Shown: positions 27,280 to 37,659, counted from the first letter of the stretch. The stretch is 64,000 nucleotides of DNA from Candidatus Omnitrophota bacterium (GCA_015233495.1 JADFXQ010000005.1:3066-67065), one strand, 5' to 3'. Numbers and translations: made by a program. Notes: generated by a model not told the origin, from the sequence alone.

Positions 27280-28296
27280 TTAAGCAATTTTATAGGCAGA
27301 GAGTGTTTCCGCGTCGATTTTTATGATTAGACAGGAACAGATGCTTAGGGGATTATGTTTTGGGGTATATTTTACAGTGCGTGGGGGAAGGTCCCGGGAT
27401 TTGGAAAAATGTTGGATAAATCCGCCAGTAACCGCGATTTGTTTTAGTGAAGGTTCAGTGCTTTGCAGAATTGCGGTAGGGCCGCGTTCATCAGTGAATT
27501 GAATGATGACATCGTCTGGAAGGGCGAGGGCGATCAATGTGTCGTTTTCTTGTTCGTCGCGGCCGAGGATGAGTTTGGTGTGTTCATCGAGGCGGAAATG
27601 ACGGCCGTGTTGTAAAATCGCAGTTGCTTGGGGGCTGACTCCGCCGTGTTGAAATAAATCGGATAAGCGCTTGGCGAAGTTTTTATCGGTCAATAAACAA
27701 CCGCCCGCGGGTTGCGAAAAGTTCGTGATGCCTTTTTCCGTGGCAAGGCGTAATTGGTCTTTGCGGGAACGTCCCGATAGGGATAAAAGTTTGGCGCGGT
27801 CAATCAGCCCTTCGGTTTCCGGTATGGTCGGCGGCAAAAGCTGTCCGCTTAACGGGCGGACAAGCCGTCCGAATAAACCCGAAGCTTTTTCGATGCGATC
27901 CAGACTTTGCCGGTTTTGCGACATGGGACGTTGGCCCAAGACTTCGCCGGTAAACACAAAATGACTGCCGGTTCGCCGCATGATCTCCCCGGCTCGTTGC
28001 AGCATATGGATTTTACAGTCAATACAAGGGTTGATCGCAGTTCCATAACCATGATGCGGGTCTTTGACCATTTCGAGATATTGTTCATCCAAAGGTATGA
28101 GATCAACCGGCAAGCCGAGGTGAGCGGCAAGATCCTGGATCCGGGGTTGGTTAATAGACAGCCACGGCAAAATGAAGTATACTAAACGGGCTGCAATTCC
28201 CATGTCCTTGATAACGCGGGCGGCTAAAATGCTGTCCAACCCGCCGGATAGCAGGCCGATGGCTTTTACGGAAGATGGTTTTGGATTGTTTTGCAT
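27280..28296 (-). CDS. PP-loop ATPase of the MnmA/ThiI-like tRNA thiolation superfamily (exact family uncertain)
   Basis: SGGLDS PP-loop at the N-terminus. The NPCIDCK and FVFTGEVLGQRPMSQN region resembles the MnmA NPCxxCN and ATGHY segments. Confidence 0.55.
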   Translation of the reverse strand: MQNNPKPSSVKAIGLLSGGLDSILAARVIKDMGIAARLVYFILPWLSINQPRIQDLAAHLGLPVDLIPLDEQYLEMVKDPHHGYGTAINPCIDCKIHMLQRAGEIMRRTGSHFVFTGEVLGQRPMSQNRQSLDRIEKASGLFGRLVRPLSGQLLPPTIPETEGLIDRAKLLSLSGRSRKDQLRLATEKGITNFSQPAGGCLLTDKNFAKRLSDLFQHGGVSPQATAILQHGRHFRLDEHTKLILGRDEQENDTLIALALPDDVIIQFTDERGPTAILQSTEPSLKQIAVTGGFIQHFSKSRDLPPRTVKYTPKHNPLSICSCLIIKIDAETLSAYKIA

Positions 28297-28441
28297 AGAT
28301 GGAAATCTTAAAGGATTTACGGCATAGCCGCAAGTGTTATATTTTGAGTCTCTTCTCTTATTGCGGTTGATTATTTTGTATCCGGACCAACCGGAAAGCT
28401 GCTTTCTTTTGCTGTGTTCAACAAATAATCCCTGGAGGTAG

Positions 28442-28507
28442 ATGACGGGAATGCTTTGGCTTATCCTTGAAATAAAACTTGAAAATTTCGACGGGGATAT
28501 GTTATGA
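28442..28507 (+). other. candidate 21-aa leader peptide upstream of ilvB (MTGMLWLILEIKLENFDGDML)
   Basis: A GGAGG ribosome-binding site lies 3 nt upstream. The peptide is rich in Leu and Ile. No convincing terminator or antiterminator pair was found. Confidence 0.2.
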
Positions 28508-28555
28508 TGACCGAGTTTTAGAGTTTATGCCTATTAGCAAGGAGAGTTATTTATT

Positions 28556-30295
28556 ATGGCTTCTAAAAAATTACAATCTACATCACCCGCGAAGCTGTTA
28601 AGCGGCGGGCAAGCCCTGATCAAATGTCTGGAAAATCACGGTGTGGAATATATTTTCGGATATGTCGGCGGCGCTGCGATTCCGATTTTTGACGCTTTGG
28701 TGGATTCTAAGATAAAACTCATTTTGGTGCGTCACGAACAAAGCGCCGCGCATATGGCGGACGGATTTGCCCGGGCGACTGGCAAACCGGGCGTGGTTTT
28801 GGTGACCAGTGGTCCGGGCGCTACCAACACGGTGACGGGTATATTTACAGCGCAGATGGATTCGGTGCCAATGATCATTTTAACCGGCCAGACCGTGAAA
28901 GCCGGTTTGGGAAAAGACGCGTTTCAGGAAGCCGACATTTTTGGCGTTACCCTTCCTATTGTAAAGCATAGTTATCTGGTGAAAAATTCTAATGATATCC
29001 CTCGGGTCGTAAAAGAGGCGTTTTATATTACGAACAGCGGCCGGCCTGGGCCGGTTTTAATCGATTTACCCAAGGACACGACCGCCGGCCTTTGTACCGC
29101 GGATTTGGACCCGAAAATTGAGATCCCGGGGTATGTTGTTCCTGCTAAAGGCAGCAAAAGCGATATTACGGAAATGGTCAAGATGTTTGCCGGATGCAAA
29201 AAACCCCTTATTCTGGTCGGACACGGCGCTATGATTGCTCAGGCGTCAGACGCGGTGCGGAAATTGGCTTTCAAAATGAAAGCGCCAGTCATCTCTACCC
29301 TGCTTGGCAAAGGTGTTTTTCCGGAAACGCATCCCTTATGTTACGGGATGGTGGGCATGCACGGCACGGCTTACGCGAATAAAGCTTTGGTAAATTGCGA
29401 CATGATCCTTTCGATTGGCTGCCGGTTTGACGACCGGATCAATGGCAATAATGATGAGTTTTGCATTGGCGCGAAAAAATTTCATATTGATATTGATAAC
29501 GCGGAAATCGGCAAGATTGTAAAACCGGATGCATATGTGGTTGGCGATGCTCGATTGGTGGTCGAGGAATTAATAAAACAGGTTACGCCTTTGGATACCG
29601 CGGAATGGCTGCGGGAATTGGAATTTTACCGCCAGGAATTTGCTTTGAAGTATTCCACGGAAGAAGGTTTGCCCGCGCAATTTGTGATTGACGAATTGTA
29701 TCAATTGACCAAGGGTGAGGCGATTGTGGTCACTGACGTTGGTCAGCATCAGATGTGGGCCGCGCAATTTTATAAGTCAGATTATCCGGATAAATGGCTT
29801 TCCTCCGGAGGCGCCGGAACCATGGGATTCGGTTTGCCCGCTGCCTTGGGCGCGCAATTCGCCAAACCGAAAGAAACCGTTGTGGCGATTGTTGGCGACG
29901 GCGGATTTCAAATGACTTCCTCTGAATTGGCAACCGCGTTTATCAATAAACTGCCGGTAAAAGTCATTATCATTGACAATAAATATCTCGGTATGGTTCG
30001 TCAGTGGCAGGATATGTTTTATGAAAAACGTTATTCCGGGGTGGATTTGGTGGGCAACCCGGATTTTGTCAAATTGGCAGAAGCGTATCACGTGAAAGGG
30101 ATTAACATCTCCACCGTGCAGGAAACCCGGGCCAAACTCAAAGAAGCTTTGAATCACAAAGGGCCGGTTGTCGTGCAATGTGAAGTCATTAAAGAATTGA
30201 ATGTGTTTCCGATGATTCCGGCGGGAAAATCGGCGCATCACATGATGGTGGAACCGCCAAAGGTCAAAATGGACCGGCCGACGGGAAGCACGTGA
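28556..30295 (+). CDS. ilvB: acetolactate synthase, large (catalytic) subunit
   Basis: 579 aa with TPP motif GDGGFQMT...N and an FAD-binding middle domain. Confidence 0.9.
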   Translation: MASKKLQSTSPAKLLSGGQALIKCLENHGVEYIFGYVGGAAIPIFDALVDSKIKLILVRHEQSAAHMADGFARATGKPGVVLVTSGPGATNTVTGIFTAQMDSVPMIILTGQTVKAGLGKDAFQEADIFGVTLPIVKHSYLVKNSNDIPRVVKEAFYITNSGRPGPVLIDLPKDTTAGLCTADLDPKIEIPGYVVPAKGSKSDITEMVKMFAGCKKPLILVGHGAMIAQASDAVRKLAFKMKAPVISTLLGKGVFPETHPLCYGMVGMHGTAYANKALVNCDMILSIGCRFDDRINGNNDEFCIGAKKFHIDIDNAEIGKIVKPDAYVVGDARLVVEELIKQVTPLDTAEWLRELEFYRQEFALKYSTEEGLPAQFVIDELYQLTKGEAIVVTDVGQHQMWAAQFYKSDYPDKWLSSGGAGTMGFGLPAALGAQFAKPKETVVAIVGDGGFQMTSSELATAFINKLPVKVIIIDNKYLGMVRQWQDMFYEKRYSGVDLVGNPDFVKLAEAYHVKGINISTVQETRAKLKEALNHKGPVVVQCEVIKELNVFPMIPAGKSAHHMMVEPPKVKMDRPTGST

Positions 30296-30354
30296 GAGAG
30301 TTGAAAGATGATAGGTGAAAGTTGAAGATAAAAGATATAAAGGAAAAGTGAGCT

Positions 30355-30864
30355 GTGATTATGAATGATAAAAAAATGAATATTCACACAATCAGTATGT
30401 TGGTTGCCAATAAACCGGGGGTTTTAGTGCGGGTGGCTTTGGTTTTTGCCCGGCGGGGATATAATATCGATTCGTTGGTGGTTTCCCCTTCTTTCGACGA
30501 GCGGTATTCACGCATGACGATCACCGCGCAAGGGGATCCCGCGATTTTGGAACAGATCATCAAGCAGACTGCCAAATTGGTGGATGTAATTCATTCCGGG
30601 GAACACACGGAAGCTGAGGCTCTGCACCGCGAATTGGCGTTGGTGAAAATTAAAAATGTCACGGCCAATCATTCGATTGTGACAAAATTTATTAAGAAAT
30701 TCAACTCCGCGGTGATTGATCAAGACGAAAAAGCGCTGATTGTTCAGCTGGTTGGAACTACCGCAGAGTTGGACGAAATGGAAGTCTTTTTGAAAAAATA
30801 CGGCATGATGGAAATTGTGCGTTCCGGCAAGCTAGTCATGGTTAAAGGCACGCAGGAGACATAG
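30355..30864 (+). CDS. ilvN: acetolactate synthase, small (regulatory ACT-domain) subunit
   Basis: NIHTISMLVANKPGVLVRVALVFARRGYNIDSL ACT domain. The start may be the internal ATG at 30361 or 30376. Confidence 0.85.
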   Translation: MIMNDKKMNIHTISMLVANKPGVLVRVALVFARRGYNIDSLVVSPSFDERYSRMTITAQGDPAILEQIIKQTAKLVDVIHSGEHTEAEALHRELALVKIKNVTANHSIVTKFIKKFNSAVIDQDEKALIVQLVGTTAELDEMEVFLKKYGMMEIVRSGKLVMVKGTQET

Positions 30865-30890
30865 CGGGAAGAATTCCTGCCGGCAATGAT

Positions 30891-31271
30891 TTATTCGCGG
30901 AATGGCGGCAGGATATGGGCTTTGATTTCTGTGCCGTCTGGAGTTTGATTGACGAGCGTGATTTGACAGCGCAAGGGGTCCTCTCCCTCCGCTTCCTTTC
31001 CGAGGTATTTTGCGATTAACACTTGCAAAGAATCCCACAACAAATAGGTTCCTAAATAAATGTCCGGGTCGGACAGATCAATGGTTTTCGCGAATGCGCC
31101 AAAAGTCGCAGCGCGCAATTCTTCTAAATCTTTTCCTTGAGAGAATCGAGTCAGAATGTTATTGTGGCTGCTGTTTAATCCACAGGATGAGCAGCGTAAG
31201 TCGAAGGCAATGAAATTTCCAGCCGGATCTAAGGATAAAACAGCGTTGCTCTGAGGTTCAATATTGTCCAT
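30891..31271 (-). CDS. divergent IscU/NifU-like Fe-S scaffold domain protein, tentative
   Basis: CSSCGLNSSHNNILTRFSQGKDLEEL aligns to IscU CGSAIASSSLVTEWVKGKSLDEA. The C-terminal region has PLRCQIT, comparable to IscU PVKIHCS. Confidence 0.45.
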   Translation of the reverse strand: MDNIEPQSNAVLSLDPAGNFIAFDLRCSSCGLNSSHNNILTRFSQGKDLEELRAATFGAFAKTIDLSDPDIYLGTYLLWDSLQVLIAKYLGKEAEGEDPLRCQITLVNQTPDGTEIKAHILPPFRE

Positions 31272-31281
31272 AAGCTTTAGT

Positions 31282-32214
31282 TTAAAAAATATTCCATTGG
31301 TGTTTGCAGAGATAGCTGAGGATTTCCCAGTTCCAGCCGATACTGAATAAAATCGTGAAAACCAGGAGCATTTGTCCGGTTGCCGCCAGCGCTTGGTTCA
31401 TTGCCGCGGGTTCCTCAGTCTTCTCGAAAATCGCCGGAATTATGCCAATGGATAGCAGCACGGGCAAAGCCGCGATAATAAGCGGTTGGTGGTCGTCGAT
31501 TAAAAGCACGATTAACAATGGCAGAAGACAAGCTATAAAAATAGCGGCTAAGTAATGCTTTTGCGAAAAAGCTTTCCCGAAAATCACCGTGCTGGTTTTC
31601 TTTTTCGCTAAAGCGTCAGTGCGAACGTCGCGGATATTATTGATAATTAAAATGCCATTGGCGAGCAGTCCCGGGCTGACTCCGGCTAATAAAACCGCGC
31701 AGTTCATTTCATGCGATTGGACGTAATAGGTTCCCGCCACTGCCACCGGACCGAAGAAAAGAAAAACAAGAAAATCTCCCAGCCCAAAATAGCCTAGCGG
31801 TTTTGGTCCGGCAGTGTAAAAAAATCCCGAGCCAATGGCCAGCGCGCCTAAAGCCGCGATGCCCCAGCCGTTTTTTAAGCTCAGATGTATGACGCCAAGC
31901 GCGCCAATCAAAAAAAACAGCGCGAAAAACAATTTAGTTGCCCAAGCCGGAAAATCTTTTAAAGGTTCGGGTCGGAGAAAACCAGAACGCTCATGCCTGT
32001 CAGCTCCGTTTTTAAAATCGAAAAAATCATTGGCCACGTTCGTTCCCGCTTGCAAACAAACCGCAGTCACTAAGCACCAAGCAGCCGCGCTGAAATTGTG
32101 AACCCCATCCCCAAAAGCGATGGCGGTTCCCAAAAGGACCGGACACGCTGACGCGAGCAGAGTTTCGGGCCGCGTGGCGAGGAATAAATGAAGAGCGCGA
32201 GAAACAAATTTCAT
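31282..32214 (-). CDS. menA: 1,4-dihydroxy-2-naphthoate polyprenyltransferase (UbiA family)
   Basis: NDFFDFKNGADR motif and about 8 TM segments. Confidence 0.8.
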   Translation of the reverse strand: MKFVSRALHLFLATRPETLLASACPVLLGTAIAFGDGVHNFSAAAWCLVTAVCLQAGTNVANDFFDFKNGADRHERSGFLRPEPLKDFPAWATKLFFALFFLIGALGVIHLSLKNGWGIAALGALAIGSGFFYTAGPKPLGYFGLGDFLVFLFFGPVAVAGTYYVQSHEMNCAVLLAGVSPGLLANGILIINNIRDVRTDALAKKKTSTVIFGKAFSQKHYLAAIFIACLLPLLIVLLIDDHQPLIIAALPVLLSIGIIPAIFEKTEEPAAMNQALAATGQMLLVFTILFSIGWNWEILSYLCKHQWNIF

Positions 32215-32231
32215 TGGGGATAACTATTTTT

Positions 32232-33590
32232 TTATACGGAGTCGTTTAAATAGACGATATCAATGGCCCCTTTTTGCACTAATTGATTTTTGGCGTCTTG
32301 CATCGTCTGCATACCGTGGTTTTTGCCGGTTTGAATAATACTGGAAATTTGTTTCCAATCAGCCTCCCGGATAATTTTTTGCGCCGCGTTATTGGGGACC
32401 AGGACTTCGATTGCCGGCACTAGGCCGTCGCCGACGCAGCGCGGGATGAGTTCTTGGGTCAAGAGACATTTTAAGACTAATGATAAGCGGATGAGCGCGT
32501 GTTTTTGCGCGTCCGGCGGGAAAAAAGAAGCGATACGGTCCAGCGCTTGGGTGGTGCTCGCGGCATGGATGGTTGTTAGGACCAAAGCGCCGGATTCCGC
32601 GGCCGTTAATACCAATTCCAAAGTTTCTTTATCGAGTGTTTCCCCGATCACCAAGACATCGGGATTCTGCCGCAGGGCGTTGCGCACGGCGGAAGAAAAA
32701 GACGGCGTGTCTTTGCCGACTTCGCGTTGTTTGATGATGCCGCAGTTGTTTTTATGGATATATTCAATCGGGTCTTCGATAGAAAGGATGATCCCTTTTT
32801 TAAAATTATTAAGAAAATTGACCATGGAAGATAAGGTGGTTGTTTTACCCGAACCGGTCCTCCCTGCCACCACAATCAAACCTTTGGGTGTCGTCTCCAT
32901 GATTTTTTCCACGACTTGCGGCAGACCGATATCGCTGGGTTTTCCGATATTGTAATTGATGACTCGAAAAACCCCTTCGATTTTACCTTGTTGAAAATGA
33001 ATATTGGCGCGGAGCCGTTTGTTTTTATAAAAAAAAGCGAAGTTAACGTCTTTTTCGCGCATCAATTTTTCATAACGGTCATCGTCAAGAATATTGAGCA
33101 TCAAATTTTTGATGGTATATTCATCTAAAACCGGACCGATTTGTTTCAGTTCGCCGGTTTTTTTCACAATCAGCGGAGAATCGGCGATGAAGTGCATATC
33201 CATAACATTGTTGAGATCAATTTTATCTAAAAAGGAAAAAAGGTGGATGCTGGCGAGAAATGCATTTAAACGCGCCCGGTCGTTTTCGTTGATGCTTTTT
33301 ATCTCGGTTCCGGCGACATATTTCATTGCGCCATTTTTAACGATTTGTAAACGCACCACCCGAGTCAGGAAAGAAACTTGTTCTAGGTTTGAAACGGAGC
33401 AAGTGACGCGCAGAAGAGAATTTAAGGGAAACTCTTCATTAGTATAAAATCCCAGTCCATTTATTGATATGTCCAAAGCGCTGGTCGCGGTGGGTGTGCC
33501 GAAATTATTTTCTCCGAGCATTTTTTCATATTGGACGGTGTTACGGAAGCGCACGCGGGGATTTTGACGTTTATTATTGTCCGTAATCAT
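32232..33590 (-). CDS. PilZ domain fused to a PilT-type (retraction-type) type IV pilus/T2SS ATPase
   Basis: N-terminal PilZ-like motifs (RVRFR...DISINGLGF). Walker A GRTGSGKTT, Asp box EDPIEY, Walker B DVLVIGE, His box TIHAAS. Confidence 0.75.
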   Translation of the reverse strand: MITDNNKRQNPRVRFRNTVQYEKMLGENNFGTPTATSALDISINGLGFYTNEEFPLNSLLRVTCSVSNLEQVSFLTRVVRLQIVKNGAMKYVAGTEIKSINENDRARLNAFLASIHLFSFLDKIDLNNVMDMHFIADSPLIVKKTGELKQIGPVLDEYTIKNLMLNILDDDRYEKLMREKDVNFAFFYKNKRLRANIHFQQGKIEGVFRVINYNIGKPSDIGLPQVVEKIMETTPKGLIVVAGRTGSGKTTTLSSMVNFLNNFKKGIILSIEDPIEYIHKNNCGIIKQREVGKDTPSFSSAVRNALRQNPDVLVIGETLDKETLELVLTAAESGALVLTTIHAASTTQALDRIASFFPPDAQKHALIRLSLVLKCLLTQELIPRCVGDGLVPAIEVLVPNNAAQKIIREADWKQISSIIQTGKNHGMQTMQDAKNQLVQKGAIDIVYLNDSV

Positions 33591-33727
33591 AATGAGAGTC
33601 CTTAGTCTGTTTTTACAAGACTTATAATGCTTAATAATACCAAAAAAAGCAAGAATTTACTTAAATTTTACAAAAATTTACCCAAAATGGATTTGTTAGC
33701 GGTGCGAGCGTGCAGGGATCCGGTTGG

Positions 33728-34432
33728 TCAGCGTTTATTGCCGCGATAAATTGTTATAAACCCGAATTGGCAAGTTTGAAACGAGACTTCGAGAAAACCC
33801 ACCTGTTTTAGCATATCAGCAAAGGCCATGCCAGATGGAAAATTCAGAATGGATTTTCGCAAATAATGATAAGCTTGCGGGTCGCGGGATAGGAATCCGC
33901 CGACAATGGGAATAAAAAAGCGTAAAATAAAACCGAGGATTTTTTGCTTGATCCCGGATGGAGGAAAAGAAAATTCCATAATCAATATTTGCCCGCCGGG
34001 TTTGAGGACGCGGCGCAATTCCCTCAGAACCGCCGCTGGATCCGGAACATTGCGGATTCCGAAGCATAAAGTCGCCGCGTCAAAAACTTGATTATTAAAA
34101 GGGAGAACGTTTGCGTCACCCTGGAGGAACGCGACTCTGCCAGGTCGATGCTGTTGGTCAATTTTGGTTTTTCCCAGCGACAACATGGGATAAGACCGGT
34201 CTAAAGCGATGATTTTTTGAACTTTGGATTTTTGGCGTAAGAGCATTAAAGGGACTTCCCCGGTGCCCGTGGCTAAGTCGAGAACAATCAGCCCCGGCGC
34301 GTTTGGGAGCAAATCCGTGAGTTTTTTACGCCACCCGCGGCTTAGGCCAAGAGAAATAATTTGATTGATAAAATCATAGCGCGGCGCGATGCGGTCGAAT
34401 AGCCGGTAGGATTTGGATTTGTCAATCAGCAT
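33728..34432 (-). CDS. demethylmenaquinone/ubiquinone methyltransferase (UbiE/MenG family)
   Basis: IAPRYDFINQIISLG N-terminal region and VLDLATGTG SAM-binding motif. Confidence 0.8.
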   Translation of the reverse strand: MLIDKSKSYRLFDRIAPRYDFINQIISLGLSRGWRKKLTDLLPNAPGLIVLDLATGTGEVPLMLLRQKSKVQKIIALDRSYPMLSLGKTKIDQQHRPGRVAFLQGDANVLPFNNQVFDAATLCFGIRNVPDPAAVLRELRRVLKPGGQILIMEFSFPPSGIKQKILGFILRFFIPIVGGFLSRDPQAYHYLRKSILNFPSGMAFADMLKQVGFLEVSFQTCQFGFITIYRGNKR

Positions 34433-34434
34433 AT

Positions 34435-35130
34435 TTAAAGCGTCCCTTGATCCGCGAAACTATAATATTTGTTATTTCCGATGATGATATGATCCAGGAT
34501 TTTGATTCGCATAAGGTCCCCCGCTTCCTTGAGCTCATGGGTGAATTTATGGTCTTCTTCACTCGGGAGTACTTCCCCGGATGGGTGATTATGGCCGCAA
34601 ATCAGACCCGCGGCGCCGAGGTCGATCCCTTGCCGGATGATTTCTCGGATAAACGGGACAGCGCGGTTAATAGTTCCGATGCTGGAATCGTGAATATCCA
34701 AAATCCGCTGCCTTCCGTCCAAATATATTGTTTTAAAAATTTCAATTTTCGCGTCTCTCAACAGCGGCATGAAGATATTGGCTGCGTCTAAGGATGAAGT
34801 TAGGGCTTTCCCTTCTGCCCGTGTTTCATTATCGCGAAAACGCCGGCCGATTTCAAGCGCGGCTTTGATTTGTGCGCGTTTGGCTTGGCCCAGCCCGCGA
34901 AAGCATTGCCATTGCAGGGTAGACGCTTTGCTCAAATTGCGGAATGTTTTGAATTCTTGAATCAGGGCTTTGGCCAAATCCAAAGCGCTTTGTCCCCGTG
35001 TGCCGGTGCGCAACAAAATAGCCAACAGTTCCGCGTCTGTGACATTTGCTTCACCGTTGATTTTTAATATTTTTTCGCGCGGACGGTCTTGGATTGGCCA
35101 GGTCTTGATAGATTGAGATAGCACAGACAT
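34435..35130 (-). CDS. radC: RadC-like JAB/MPN domain protein (UPF0758)
   Basis: JAMM motif HNHPSGEVLPSEEDH and an N-terminal helix-hairpin-helix region. Confidence 0.8.
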   Translation of the reverse strand: MSVLSQSIKTWPIQDRPREKILKINGEANVTDAELLAILLRTGTRGQSALDLAKALIQEFKTFRNLSKASTLQWQCFRGLGQAKRAQIKAALEIGRRFRDNETRAEGKALTSSLDAANIFMPLLRDAKIEIFKTIYLDGRQRILDIHDSSIGTINRAVPFIREIIRQGIDLGAAGLICGHNHPSGEVLPSEEDHKFTHELKEAGDLMRIKILDHIIIGNNKYYSFADQGTL

Positions 35131-35197
35131 AAATCTTCCTTATAATTAAAATTTGCGGGAAATATATGATCGGGAGAATGATTAGGGTTGCCGGGGA

Positions 35198-36136
35198 TTA
35201 TCCGATTTCGTGCAAATATTGTTCAACATTTAAAGCGGCCATGCAGCCGGAACCGGCGGCTGTTATGGCCTGACGATATTTTTTATCCTGCACATCGCCG
35301 CAGGCGAACACGCCGGGGAGGTTGGTTTGCGTCGTACCGGGGAGGGTCATGATATAACCGGTTTCATCGGTTTTTAACTGGCCGTTGAGAAATGCGGTAT
35401 TCGGCGCATGTCCGATCGCGAAAAATAAACCGCTGGCGTCGACAATTCGGGTTGCTTGAGTTTGATTGTTAAGGATAACCGCGCCGGAAAACATTTTTTC
35501 GCCGAGGGCTTCCGTTACATTGGAATTCCAGAGAATTTCGATTTTGGGATTAGCCAGCGCGCGTTGTCGCATCACCTGAGACGCGCGCAAGACATCGCGC
35601 CGCACCACCAGATAAACTTTGGCAGCGAACTTGGTCAGATAGGTTGCCTCCTCTACGGCTGAATCCCCGCCGCCGATCACGATCAACGGTTTATTGCGAA
35701 AGCACGGCAGCGCGCCATCACAAACCGCGCATGCGGAAATCCCGCGCTGCCACAAGCGGTCGCCGTTTTGGATTTCTATTTTTTTTGCGGTTGCTCCGGT
35801 AGCGATGATGACGGTCTTGGATTCATACATTTGTGACCCGGCAAAAATTTTAAAGGGATGGGCGCTGAAGTCAACTTTGTCTACGGTCAGGGTTTCGATT
35901 CTGCAGCCGCATTTAACGGATTGTTCCCGCATCGTTTGCATCAATTCCGGGCCGGAAATGCCTTCCGGAAATCCCGGGAAATTTTCAATTTCTGTTGTAG
36001 TGGTCAATTGTCCGCCCGCCGCGACTCCACCGGCAAACATGCCTTCCAGCATTAAAGGATTCAAATTCGCGCGGCTTGTGTAAATTGCTGCCGTGTGCCC
36101 GGCTGGACCGGAACCAATAATAATGACATTTTCCAT
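35198..36136 (-). CDS. trxB: thioredoxin-disulfide reductase
   Basis: IIIGSGPAG FAD motif and CAVCDG redox-active disulfide. Start moved to ATG (MENVIII). The track extension starts at TTG and is the translated palindromic element 36165..36275. Confidence 0.85.
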   Translation of the reverse strand: MENVIIIGSGPAGHTAAIYTSRANLNPLMLEGMFAGGVAAGGQLTTTTEIENFPGFPEGISGPELMQTMREQSVKCGCRIETLTVDKVDFSAHPFKIFAGSQMYESKTVIIATGATAKKIEIQNGDRLWQRGISACAVCDGALPCFRNKPLIVIGGGDSAVEEATYLTKFAAKVYLVVRRDVLRASQVMRQRALANPKIEILWNSNVTEALGEKMFSGAVILNNQTQATRIVDASGLFFAIGHAPNTAFLNGQLKTDETGYIMTLPGTTQTNLPGVFACGDVQDKKYRQAITAAGSGCMAALNVEQYLHEIG

Positions 36137-36164
36137 ATCAAAATTTTCCTTATTGAAATAAATA

Positions 36165-36275
36165 TCCGGCCGGGTGACCCCGGAGGCGGGGACCCCGTAC
36201 ATCCGCAGCCCGCCGGCGAGGATGTACAAGGCGCCGCAGGGGGCGGGACCCGGACGGATATTTATGTGATATAGA
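36165..36275. repeat. GC-rich nested palindrome of a second family (AAATATCCG...CGGATATTT outer arms, GTACATCC/GGATGTAC inner arms)
   Basis: Direct reading. Its sequence is not similar to the GGGCGCCC family. Confidence 0.7.
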
Positions 36276-36294
36276 TTTTAGAGCCTAAATTATT

Positions 36295-37350
36295 TTACAG
36301 GAAGATCTGACTTTTGGTTATTTTTTTATTGCCGCTTTCCTTTTCGATTAAACCGTTCAAATCATGTTCCCCGGCCAGAGCAAATCCTGCGTCGCGGATC
36401 ATGGTTAGAGTTTTTAAGCGTGCCTCCCCTTTCGTGTTCAAATATCCGTCCAGAAACAAAGAATTCGCCGGATATAAAGCCAGGACTTCCATATCGCGTA
36501 AATGGATTTCCCGTCCCGCGGCAATGCGGATTTCCGCTTTCGGATTCAAGAACCGGAATAAACATAAAACGCGCAGACAATATTCCGGAGTCAACGCGCC
36601 CGGATTCTTTAGCTTAAGCCCGGGGATCGGAATAAAAAAATTCACCGGAATAGACTCTGCCTTGATCTCGCGTAACGCCAAAGCCATATCAATAATATCC
36701 TCAGCCGTTTCCCCCATGCCAATGATCACGCCGGAGCAAACCGGCAGTCCGACCGCGTGGGCGTTCTTCAAAGTTTGCAAACGGTCTTCATAAGTGTGTG
36801 ATGTGCAAATGCGGCGGTAAAGATTCCGCGATGTGTTGATGTTGTGGTTTAACCGGTCCAGCCCGGCTTGTTTTAAAGTTCGGGCCTGTTCCCGCGTGAT
36901 GACGCCGGGAGACACGCAAACTTCCAGAGGATATAAGGATTTGATTTTGCGGATCAAACCGGTCAGATGTCGGATCCGTTCCTCGGAAGGTTTTTTTCCG
37001 GCAAACACCATACAGTAACGAAACGCCCCGTTCGCGTGTGCCGCCTTGGCTTCCGCGAGAATTTCCGCGTCGGATTTCATCGGATAAGTCTCGATCTTTG
37101 CCTTCGAGCTTTGTGACTGCGCGCAATAATGGCAATCCTCCGGACAATGCCCGTTTTGAACATTATTCAAAATATGCACGGTAACCCGGTTCCCAAAATA
37201 TGTCCGCCGCACAGTGTAAGCCGCATCCAACAATTTCAGCAACTCAATATTTCGACCGGTCAAAATTCGGATGCAATGACGTCTATTCTGCGGAAGACCG
37301 GCTTTAGCAGATTTTGTTAATTTGACGTAAAAAATATCAGTATTAAACAT
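36295..37350 (-). CDS. bioB: biotin synthase-like radical SAM protein
   Basis: CPEDCHYCAQS (CxxxCxxC), a length of about 350 aa, and a C-terminal region with Cys/Arg typical of the BioB/ThiH/HydE group. No other bio genes are adjacent. Confidence 0.65.
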   Translation of the reverse strand: MFNTDIFYVKLTKSAKAGLPQNRRHCIRILTGRNIELLKLLDAAYTVRRTYFGNRVTVHILNNVQNGHCPEDCHYCAQSQSSKAKIETYPMKSDAEILAEAKAAHANGAFRYCMVFAGKKPSEERIRHLTGLIRKIKSLYPLEVCVSPGVITREQARTLKQAGLDRLNHNINTSRNLYRRICTSHTYEDRLQTLKNAHAVGLPVCSGVIIGMGETAEDIIDMALALREIKAESIPVNFFIPIPGLKLKNPGALTPEYCLRVLCLFRFLNPKAEIRIAAGREIHLRDMEVLALYPANSLFLDGYLNTKGEARLKTLTMIRDAGFALAGEHDLNGLIEKESGNKKITKSQIFL

Positions 37351-37362
37351 GATTGACCAATC

Positions 37363-37659
37363 TTAAGGATGCGGGACGATTGCAAAGATTCTTATCATCG
37401 TTTTCTCCGGGCCCAAAAAGAAAAAGATCCGATAAGCGCCCGGCGTGTTGTTTTCCGCGTAAGCTTCCCAAATTTTTTCACCGTGAGGCCCGGCTATCGA
37501 GGTAAACGGATGAATGTTTAGTCCGGGATGGCGGGGATTTAAAGATAAATGATGCAAGGCTTTGCTTACAGCTTTAAAATGATTTTGCAAATCGGGGGAA
37601 TGTTTCAGGCCCTTGGATTGAGTTTCCGCTGCCGGCATGAATTTTAGGAAAAAGTTCAT
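37363..37659 (-). CDS. type II toxin-antitoxin RelE/ParE family toxin
   Basis: 98 aa with RelE/ParE-like conservation. Overlaps the upstream antitoxin gene by 4 bp. Confidence 0.6.
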   Translation of the reverse strand: MNFFLKFMPAAETQSKGLKHSPDLQNHFKAVSKALHHLSLNPRHPGLNIHPFTSIAGPHGEKIWEAYAENNTPGAYRIFFFLGPEKTMIRIFAIVPHP

